From an uncultured Actinomycetes bacterium (GTDB lineage: Bacteria; Actinomycetota; UBA4738; HRBIN12): 64,000 bases of DNA. The notes beneath the pieces are model-generated. The model was not told the origin of the DNA and did not search any database. It worked only from the letters and a program-made list of their open reading frames with translations. Positions 56,087 to 64,000 of this stretch are shown piece by piece. Each line of letters begins with the position of its first letter. Position 1 is the stretch's first letter. The stretch is taken from the NCBI GenBank assembly GCA_963722795.1, contig CAVROD010000003.1, positions 1,056-65,055 of the forward strand, given 5' to 3'. Both the position numbers and the translations under genes were made by a program.

Positions 56087-56679
56087 ACAGCACGGCGCTC
56101 AAACGGGCGAAACGCGAGGTGCGACGACGCGTGCTCGCCGAGCGCGACGCGCTGACGCCGGACCAACGCGCGCACCTGGCCGTGGTGGTCGGGGAGCGCT
56201 TCCTCGCGTTGCCGGAGGTGGAAGCGGCTGAGGTGGTCATGGCGTTCTGGTCGTTCGGGTCGGAGCTGCCGACCGGTCCGATGCTGGAAGACCTCGATCG
56301 ACGAGGCAAGACGGTCGTGCTGCCGCGCATCGTCGGGGGCGAGCTCGAGGCGCGTTCGTACCGGCCCGGCGACCGGGTGAGCGAGACCTCGTTCGGTGCC
56401 TTCGAGCCGGCCGGCGGCCGTGTGCTCGATGCGGCCGAGATCGACGTGGTCGCTGTGCCCGCGGTCGCGTTCGATCGGCGGGGCCGGCGTGTCGGCTACG
56501 GCGGCGGCTACTACGATCGATTCCTGCCGAGGACGAGCGACGCCACGACGCACGTGGGCATCGGCTACGCCCTGCAGCTCCTGCCGCAGGGACAGGAACT
56601 GCCGGCGGGCCACTTCGATCGCCGGGTCGACGCGATCGTCACCGATCGCGAGACGGTGCGGTGCCGCCCGGCGGGTTGA
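56083..56679 (+). CDS. 5-formyltetrahydrofolate cyclo-ligase
   Basis: ATG 56083 overlaps the LLM stop (ATGA). RRVGYGGGYYDRFL and a family-typical layout. The frame appears intact. Confidence 0.85.
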   Translation: MNSTALKRAKREVRRRVLAERDALTPDQRAHLAVVVGERFLALPEVEAAEVVMAFWSFGSELPTGPMLEDLDRRGKTVVLPRIVGGELEARSYRPGDRVSETSFGAFEPAGGRVLDAAEIDVVAVPAVAFDRRGRRVGYGGGYYDRFLPRTSDATTHVGIGYALQLLPQGQELPAGHFDRRVDAIVTDRETVRCRPAG

Positions 56680-57314
56680 CCCCGATGGCGGGGCTGCCGC
56701 GACCCCCGTCATCCCGCGCGAGGGTCGGGACTTGGCGCGATGCCCGGTTCGCCGCGCTCGACTTCGAAACCACCGGACTCGACCTGGGCTCTGACGTGGT
56801 CGTATCGTTCGGGGTGGTGCCCATCGACGACGGTCGCGCCCGGCTCGCGGACTCGGTGCACCAGCTGATCTCGCCGAGCGTGCCGCCCTCGCCGCGATCG
56901 CAGACGGTCCACGAGCTGCGGCCGCAGGACCTCGCCGGCGCTCCCGACATCGAGCAGGTGCGCGAGGCTCTCTCGGCCGCGCTCGCGGGCCGGTTCCTGC
57001 TGGCATGGTTCGCCGACGTCGAGGTGCACTTCCTCACGGCCATCTTCGGCGGATCACGCCGCGGCTGGCGCCGGCGCACGATCGACGTGCGCAACCTCGC
57101 CATCGCCGTCGACGGCGGCGCCCCATCGGCCCGGCGCACGCCCGGCTACGCCTTGACGGCCTCGGCAAAGGCATACGGCGTTCCCGTCGCGAGCCCGCAC
57201 GAAGCGTTCGACGACGCCCTCGTCACCGCGCAGCTGTTCCTCGTGCTCGCCTCGAAGGTGCCGGGGCGGCCGGACCCGACCGTACGCCAGTTGCTGCGCA
57301 CCGCCGGCGCCTGA
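56661..57314 (+). CDS. DEDDh-type 3'-5' exonuclease (DnaQ-like)
   Basis: FAALDFETTGLD, AWFADVEVHFL, HEAFDDALVTAQLF. Alternative start ATG 56685, after the cyclo-ligase stop. The frame appears intact. Confidence 0.75.
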   Translation: MPPGGLTPMAGLPRPPSSRARVGTWRDARFAALDFETTGLDLGSDVVVSFGVVPIDDGRARLADSVHQLISPSVPPSPRSQTVHELRPQDLAGAPDIEQVREALSAALAGRFLLAWFADVEVHFLTAIFGGSRRGWRRRTIDVRNLAIAVDGGAPSARRTPGYALTASAKAYGVPVASPHEAFDDALVTAQLFLVLASKVPGRPDPTVRQLLRTAGA

Positions 57315-57323
57315 GCCTTCGAC

Positions 57324-57339
57324 TTGAACAACCGTTCAA
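57324..57339. promoter_or_regulatory. Perfect palindrome TTGAAC-aacc-GTTCAA upstream of the first GcvT-like gene
   Basis: 6-bp arms in a conspicuously AT-richer intergenic patch (57315-57360), about 45-70 nt before the candidate starts. Confidence 0.35.
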
Positions 57340-57409
57340 TCGTCTGATACAACCCGACCTAGCGCCGCTGCGCGGCGGCCATGTCCACGGAGTCGTCGGG
57401 AGGCCAAGG

Positions 57410-58523
57410 TTGAGTCAGAGCCGGGAGACCGCGTTCCACCCGATCACGTCGGCCAAGGCGGCTGGCTTCATGGAGGAAGCCGGCTGGCTCTGGGTCACGA
57501 ACTTCGGCGACGTCGACGCCGAGTACCGCGCGGTGCGCGAGGGCGTGGGCATGTGGGACCTTTCGCCCCTGAACAAGTGGGAGTTCCGCGGGCCCGAGGC
57601 GCTCGAGGCCGCGCAACGCGTGCACACGAACGACATCCTCGGCATGCGCGACGGCCAGGTTCGCTACGGCGCGTTCGTCGACGAGGACGGGCTCGTGGTC
57701 GACGACGGCACGGTGTTCCGTCACAGCGCCGAGCACCTGTGGGTCTGCACGAACGGGAACGACCGAGCCGAGTACTTCGCCGACGCCACGAAGGGGCTCG
57801 AGGTCACGATCGCCTACATCGCACCGCGAGCTGCCGAGCATGCAGATCCAGGGCCCGCAGAGTCGCGAACTGGTGCGCTCGATCGTCACCGGCGGCCGAT
57901 GTCGACGAGCTTGCGGTACTTCACGCTTCTTCCCCGACCCGGTGACGATCGGCGGGGCGCCCGGTGTGGCTGTCGCGCACCGGGTTCTCGCGGCGAGCTC
58001 GGGCTACGAGGTGTTCCTGCGCCCCGAGCACGCAGCCGCGGTCTGGGAAGCCGTCGAGGCCGCCGGCGCGACCCCGTACGGCGTCGACATCATCGAGCCC
58101 GTGCGGGTCGAGACCGGCATGGTCGTCACGGACTACGACTACGAGCCGCATGCCGCGCACACCGTACGACCTTGGCCTCGACCGGGTCGTCGCCCTCGAC
58201 GGCGAGGGTGATTTCATGGGCAAGGAGCAGCTCCGGGCGGTGGCCGCCGACCCGCCGAACCGGTTGGTGACGATCCGCTTCGAGGGCGACTCCCTGCCCG
58301 AGTACGGTGCGGCGATGACCTCGCGGGGGCGACGACGCCGGGGTGCTGACGAGCCCGGCCACGAGCCCGACGCTCGGGACGCTCGGGCTGGCGATCGTGC
58401 CCACGAGGCTCGCCGCCGCCCGGCACTGCGGTCGAGGTCGCGATGCCCGACGACTCCACGATCGGCGGCACGGTCGACGTGCTCGCCGTACTCGACCCGA
58501 CCAAGCAACGCCCGCGCACCTGA
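57410..58523 (+). pseudogene. GcvT-family aminomethyltransferase-like protein 1, eight or more frame changes
   Basis: EYRAVREGVGMWDLSPLNKWEFRGPEA, QVRYGAFVDEDGLVVDDG, LSRTGFSGELGYEVF, PPNRLVTIRFEG, LGLAIV are spread across three frames. Start uncertain (TTG 57410, or ATG 57381 with a shift). Confidence 0.7.
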
Positions 58524-58583
58524 CCGGGTGGGCGGCCCGACCGAACCGGACACGATCCGAGCGGCAACGAGGAAGGACATCGC

Positions 58584-59682
58584 ATGACCGAGGACAAGCG
58601 CTCACCGCTGCACGACTGGCACGTGGCCCATGGCGCCGACGTGGTCTGGGAGGACGGCTACCCCTGGGCGATGCACGAGGGCGGGGACCCGCATCGCCGA
58701 GTACGAGGCCATGCGCACCGCGACCGGCATCTGGGACCTCTACTCCACGTGCAAGTACGAGGTCACGGGTCCCGACGCGGCGCGCGCTGATCCAGCGCCG
58801 ATTCACGAACTCGCTCGCGGGCATGGCCGACGGCTCGGTCCGCTACGGCGCGTTCGTGAACGCCGACGGCCTCATGGTGGATGACGGCAACGTCTACAAG
58901 CTCGCGGACGACCGCTTCCTCGTGATGATCAACACCGCCGGCATCGACGGATGGTTCCGCGAGACGGCCGAGGGGCTCGACGCGACGGTCGCGCACAGGA
59001 CCGATGACTACGCGATGATCGCTGTGCAGGGCCCCACGTCGCAGACGACCTTGCAGGGACTCACCGAGCGCGATCTCGGCGACCTGAAGTACTTCCGGTT
59101 CTGGCCCGAGCAGACAACGGTCGCGGGCGTGCCGGCCTGGGTGTTGCGCACGGGCTTCAGCGGTGAGAAGGGCTACGAGGTCGTCATGGCCCCCGGCGAC
59201 GCCCGCACGGTGTGGGACGCGCTGATCGAAGCCGGCGGCACCCCGTTCGGTCTCACGGCGATCGACCTCGCCCGCACCGAGATCGGCCTCATCATCATCG
59301 CCGTCGACTACAACCCGGGCGAGCTGTCGCCCTGGGACCTGTCGATGGACCGTTTCATCAAGACCGACACCGAGTGCGTCGGGGCCGCCGCGCTCGCCGA
59401 GCGAGGCGCGAACCCGCCGAAGCGCTTCAAGACGCTGCGGATCGAGGGGGACGCCGTGCCCGAATACGGCGCCGCGGTGACGAAGGACGGCGAGTCAGGT
59501 CGGCGTGGTGACATCGCCGGCGGCCTCGCCGCGCCTCGGCACGATCGGCCTCGCGATCCTCGACGCCGAGGTCGCCAACGACGGCGAGAAGGTCGAGGTC
59601 GCCGTGCGAGGGCGGCACGGCGCCCGCCACGGTCGAGGTGCTCTCGCTGCTCGACCCGAACAAGGAGCGTCCGCGCGCCTGA
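58584..59682 (+). pseudogene. GcvT-family aminomethyltransferase-like protein 2, about four frameshifts
   Basis: KRSPLHDWHVAHGA, EYEAMRTATGIWDL, SVRYGAFVNADGLMVDDG, LRTGFSGEKGYEVV, PPKRFKTLRIEG, IGLAIL. Shifts near 58690, 58785, 59497 and 59610. Confidence 0.8.
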
Positions 59683-59731
59683 TCGACCCGGTGACAGGGG
59701 CGGGCGGGCCGCCCGCCCCTATGCTGGGTGC

Positions 59732-60666
59732 ATGCGCGGTGACGATGCACTCCTCGGCGTGGTGCCGAACTTCAGCGAGGGTCGTCGCACCGAGGTGATC
59801 GACGCGATCGTCGAAGCGCTGCACGTGCCGGGCGCCCGGGTGGTGTACGCGGAGGCCGACCCCGACCACAACCGGCTCGATACCACGGTGCTCGGCGAGC
59901 GCCGACGCGGTTCGCGCGAGCGCCATGGCCGGCGCGGCCGTCGCGGTGGCAGCGCATCGACATGCGGCGAGCACAACGGAGGGCATCCGCGCATGGGCGC
60001 TGCCGACGTCGATCCCGTTCATGCCGGTGCGCGGGGTCACGATGGATCGATGCGTCGAAGCTCGCGCGCGCCTTCGGGCGCGACGCTCGCCGAACATCTC
60101 GACCTGCCCGGTGTACCTCTACGATCGCGCCGCGCTGATGCCCGAACGCGCGTCGCTCGCCGACGTGCGCCGGGGCGAGTTCGAGGGCCTGCGCGAGGCG
60201 GTCGAGCGCGGCGAACGGCTTCCCGACTTCGGGCCGAACCGCATCGGGCCTGCGGGCGCGACGGCCGTGGGCGCCCGGCGTGCCGCTCGTGGCGTTCAAC
60301 GTCTATCTCGACGGCACCGACGAGGCGGCCGCGAAGGCGATCGCGAGGGCGTTGCGCGAATCGAACGGCGGTCTGCGGGCGGTCCGAGCCATCGGCTTCG
60401 CGGTGCCCGAGCGTGGCGGCGTCGTCACGGTGTCGATGAACCTCGTCGATCACGAGGTGACGGGGCTGCGGACGGCCTTCGCCCGCGTCGAGGAGCTGGC
60501 GGCCGGGTACGGCATGCTCGTGACCGACGGGGAGATCGTGGGGCTGGTGCCGGCGGCGGCGTTGGCCGAGGGCGACGTGCAGGCGCTGCGCTTGCGCGGG
60601 TTCGAGCCAGCCCGGCAGGTGTTGGAACGGCTCGCGGACGACGACGATGAGGAGCGCGCACGATGA
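59732..60666 (+). pseudogene. Glutamate formimidoyltransferase (FTCD N-terminal type), multiple frameshifts
   Basis: VPNFSEGRRTEVIDAIV signature, HPRMGAADV, VYLYDRAAL, RRGEFEGL, and an intact C-terminal block from 60280 (FNVYLDGT..VSMNLVD). Confidence 0.8.
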
Positions 60667-61309
60667 GCGATGCACGGTTCGGCGATATGACGGTCGACGG
60701 GTTCCTCGAGGCGATGGGCTCGAAGGAGCCGACCCCCGGCGGCGGTGCGGCCGCAGCGATCGCCGGTGCGACCGGGGCCGCGCTCATCGCGATGGTCGGG
60801 CGTCTCGACGGTGGGCAAGCCCGGGCTCGGAGGACATCGACGAGCGCATGCAGGCGCTCGTCGAGCGAGCCGACGGCGCCCGTGCGGAGTTCCTCACCCT
60901 CGGCGACCAGGACGCCGAAGCGTTCGAGGTGGTGATGGCGGCGTTCCGTCTGCCGAAGGAGATCCGACGTCGAGAAGGCCGCGCGCACCGACGCGATCCA
61001 GCGGGGCCTCGAGCGGGCCGCGGCCGTGCCGCTCGAGATCGCGCGCCGCGCGGTCGACCTGATGGAGCTGGCCGAAGATGCGACCGCCTTGGGGAACCCG
61101 AACGCCGCGAGCGACGGCATGACGGCGGCGGGCATGCTGCTCGCAGCCGTGATCGGGGCCGCGGGCGAACGTGGAGATCAATGCGTCGTCGCTGAAGGAC
61201 GAGGCCCGCCGGCATGCCTTGCTCGAGGAATGCGACGCGATCCGCGGGCCGCGCGGACTCGCTGCTCGCGCAGTGTCGCGAGGCGTTCGGACTGCGACTC
61301 ACCGGGTGA
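60663..61309 (+). pseudogene. Formimidoyl-THF cyclodeaminase / methenyl-THF cyclohydrolase family protein (FTCD C-terminal type), frameshifted
   Basis: ATG 60663 overlaps the upstream stop. FLEAMGSKEPTPGGGAAAAIAGATGAALIAMV signature, AFRLPKE, NPNAASDG. Several frame changes. Confidence 0.75.
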
Positions 61310-61353
61310 GGAGTGGTCTGGCCTCGCGCGGCGCGCCCGCGTAGGCTCGACCG

Positions 61354-61764
61354 GTGCGTATCGACGCCGTGGTCTTCGACTGCGAGGATGCCGCGCCGCT
61401 CGCCCGCTTCTGGGCCGCTGCGCTCGGCTGGCGGGTGGCGCCCTACGACGACCGGGAGCTCGATCGCCTCACGGCCAAGGGCATCGATGACCCCGAGGAC
61501 GATCCGAGCGTGATGGTGGAACCGCCCGACGATGAGCCGCCCGGGCTGCCCGTGCTCTTCTTCACCGAGGTGCCTGAGCCAAAGGCGGGGAAGAACCGCG
61601 TGCACATCGACGTCGTGGCCGAGGAGACCGTCGACGACGAGGTGATCAGGCTCGAAGGGCTGGGCGCCACCCTGCGTAACTGGGCCGAGGAAGAGGGCAA
61701 CGTCTGGGCCGTGATGCTCGACCCTGAGGGCAACGAGTTCTGCGTGATGCCCCCCGAAGCCTGA
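61354..61764 (+). CDS. VOC/glyoxalase-like domain protein
   Basis: GTG 61354. FDCEDAAPLARFWAAALGW, KNRVHIDV, DPEGNEFCV. The frame appears intact. Confidence 0.7.
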   Translation: MRIDAVVFDCEDAAPLARFWAAALGWRVAPYDDRELDRLTAKGIDDPEDDPSVMVEPPDDEPPGLPVLFFTEVPEPKAGKNRVHIDVVAEETVDDEVIRLEGLGATLRNWAEEEGNVWAVMLDPEGNEFCVMPPEA

Positions 61765-61767
61765 GCG

Positions 61768-62559
61768 CTACCCCACGATCGTGCGCACGTCCTGTGCGAC
61801 CTGCGAGAGCCCCCATGCGGTCGAGACACCCAGCACCACGAGGGCGGCGCTCCGCGCGATCGCCGCCGGGCCTTCGGGCGCGAGCGCCGTGACGGCCCCC
61901 AACGCCGTGACCACCACCACCGCCACGCCGGCCCCGAGCCCGCTCGACGCTGTGATCACGCCAACGCCCAGCAGGCCCAACACGACCCCGAGACCGGTGC
62001 CGAACAGCGAGAGGGGGGCGATGCGCGTGAGCGGGGGGCGCACGAGCCACCGTTCGAGGCGCTCGGCGATCACCACGAACGACGCCCCGAACGCGGGGAA
62101 GAGCGCGATGAACATCGCCACGTTCAGCGCGCGGTGCCCGACGATCACGAAGTCGACGTTCCCCGGATCGATCGCGATGGCGCCGCCCAGCGCGAGCAGC
62201 ACCGCGGAGATGGTCGCCGGCAGGAAGCGGTCCGGCAGCACGGTCCGCAGGGCGAAGAGGAAGAGCCCGACGCTCACGCCGGTGATGAGCCCCACGAAGA
62301 GCAGGAGGGCGAGCGTGCCTTCGACCGTGATGCGTCCGACGACGTTGCCGTTCTCCGTGATCATGCCGATGCGTGATTCGTCGGCCGCGAGTGCCGACAC
62401 GCGCATCACGATGCGGCCTCCGATGCCGCCGACGACCATGCCGCAGAGCACGGCCGACCCGATCGACGACGTGAGCCGCAGGACGGCCGGCCTGCGCAGC
62501 ATCATGAGCGCAGGACGCTCGCGGAGCGGTTCGCTGGTGATGCCGGTCAGCGCGGCCAT
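61768..62559 (-). CDS. Hypothetical polytopic membrane protein
   Basis: Tail of ORF 61768..63726 from ATG 62559. About 6 hydrophobic helices. No family recognised. Confidence 0.5.
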   Translation of the reverse strand: MAALTGITSEPLRERPALMMLRRPAVLRLTSSIGSAVLCGMVVGGIGGRIVMRVSALAADESRIGMITENGNVVGRITVEGTLALLLFVGLITGVSVGLFLFALRTVLPDRFLPATISAVLLALGGAIAIDPGNVDFVIVGHRALNVAMFIALFPAFGASFVVIAERLERWLVRPPLTRIAPLSLFGTGLGVVLGLLGVGVITASSGLGAGVAVVVVTALGAVTALAPEGPAAIARSAALVVLGVSTAWGLSQVAQDVRTIVG

Positions 62560-62656
62560 GCAGGCATCATGGCCCGCCGATGCACTCGGAGCGAGGAAGG
62601 TGCCACCAGACCCCGAGTGGTGCCCGTACACCGCCCGAGCGCCGGGCCCCCTCGGG

Positions 62657-64000
62657 TCAGAACAAGCCGACGGTGCGACCGTGCTCGTCGATGTCGACGT
62701 TGTGGAAGGCGGGCGTCTTGCCCAGTCCCGGCATGCGCTGCATGTCGCCGCACAGCACGACGACGAACCCCGCGCCGGCGCTCGGCACGACACCGCGCAC
62801 GGGCAGGCGGAAGCCGGTGGGCCGGTTGAGCATGAGCGGGTCGTGGCTGAGCGACAGATGGGTCTTCGCCATGCAGACCGGCACCTCGCCGAACCCGAGC
62901 TGCTCCATGCGCGCGATGTCCTTCTCGGCCTGCGGCAGGTAGTCGACGCCGTCGGCGCCGTACAGGCGGGTGGCGATCGCCTCGATCTGCTCCTTCGAGT
63001 CGGCGTGCCGTCCGGCGTGAGGAAGTCGAAGGAGTTCGGCTGCTCGCACGCCTGCACGACGGCCTCGGCGAGCTCGACGGCGCCGTCGCCGCCCTGCGCG
63101 AAGCCTCGGTTCACCACCACGGTCTCGGCGCCGGCGCCCACCGCGAGCTCGCGGATCGAGCTCGATCTCGGCTTCGGTGTCGGTCGGGAAGTTGTTGATC
63201 GAGACCACGCACGGCAAGCCCGTACTGGCGCACGATGTTGATGTGCGCGGCGAGGTTGTCGATGCCGCGCCGCAGCGCGTCGAGATCCTCGGTGCCGAGG
63301 TCGGCGAAGGGCATGCCCGCCGTGCGACTTCGTGGCGCGCACGGTCGTGACGAGCACCGCGGCGCTCGGCGCGAAGCCGCCGGCACGGCAGACGATGTCG
63401 CAGAACTTCTGGAAGCCGAGGTCGCTCGCGAACCCGGCCTCGGTGACGACGTAGTCGGCGAGCTTCAGCGCGACGCGGTCCTCGATGATCGAGTTGTTCG
63501 CGTGGGCGATGTTGCCGAACGGCCCGGCGTGGGCGAGCACGGGCTGGCCCTCCAGGGTCTGCACGAGGTTGGGCTTGATCGCGTCCTTCATGATCACGGT
63601 CATCGCGCCCGCCGCCCGCAGGTCGTCGGCCGTGACGGGGTTGCCGTCGGTGGTGGACGCGACCACGATGCGGCCGAGGCGTGCCCGCAGGTCCCGCAGG
63701 TCGCTCGCGAGCGCGAACACCGCCATGACCTCGCGCGGCGGCGGTGATCACGAACGCGTTCTCGCGCGGGTATGCCGTGGGCCTTGCCGCCGAGACCGGC
63801 CACGATGTTGCGCAGCTCGCGGTCGTTCATGTCCATCGTTCGTGGCCAGGTGATCGACACCGGGTCGATGCCGAGCGGGTTGCCGTGGTAGACGCTCGCA
63901 TCGAGGGCGGCCGCCAGCAGGTTGTGCGCGGCGCTCACCGCGTGGAAGTCGCCGTTGAAGTGCAGGTTGATCTCCTCCATCGGCACGACCTGCGCATAGC
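62657..64000 (-). pseudogene. fhs: Formate-tetrahydrofolate ligase, 5' end outside the window, multiple frameshifts
   Basis: [58 protein letters not shown]-terminal [19 protein letters not shown]. Segments lie in three frames. Confidence 0.85.

Overview
Very GC-rich segment (judged by eye, not computed) that looks like chromosomal core DNA of an actinobacterium. The pointers are a WhiB regulator, a mycothiol-type DinB/MDMPI enzyme, F420-type enzyme families and a sufB-sufD-Rieske-sufC-sufS-sufU layout.

Gene content, in order:
- csoR-copA copper efflux
- a thioredoxin/TPR protein and a methyltransferase
- a complete lpd-E1alpha-E1beta-E2-lipB 2-oxoacid dehydrogenase operon, divergent from gcvT
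- a response regulator / soluble histidine kinase / secreted protein operon
- DUF59 and a rhodanese
- the suf Fe-S assembly cluster
- two tandem DUF2207 membrane proteins, then a GNAT and a DinB-type enzyme
- glycerate kinase, YbaK and IscA
- a class-III aminotransferase, metH and an aldo-keto reductase
- korAB, a NifS-like desulfurase and an aquaporin
- thiolase and a DEDD/GIY-YIG nuclease
- a heptose-phosphate trio (kinase, gmhB, gmhA)
- WhiB, ygfZ and a GT4 glycosyltransferase
- Zn-ribbon protein / SRPBCC / ArsA-like ATPase
- ROK glucokinase and an LLM oxidoreductase
- a folate/C1 block: 5-formyl-THF cyclo-ligase, two GcvT-like genes, a split formimidoyltransferase-cyclodeaminase and fhs

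I saw no rRNA or tRNA genes, CRISPR array, transposase, integrase, or recognisable defence, toxin or secondary-metabolite genes. I cannot point to a convincing new multi-gene system.

The most unusual property is reading-frame integrity:
- From 0 to 28.6 kb only one gene (the rhodanese) is disrupted.
- From 28.6 kb to the end, about 28 of 37 genes can only be read by changing frame one to eight times, or by reading through an in-frame TAG (metH and the GHMP kinase).
- Disruption density rises toward the 3' end of the window.
- I lean toward an assembly or consensus-quality artefact, but recent gene decay cannot be excluded from the sequence alone.

All product calls rest on motifs I recognised in the supplied translations. 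No database search was run. Frameshift positions are approximate, to within a few nucleotides.
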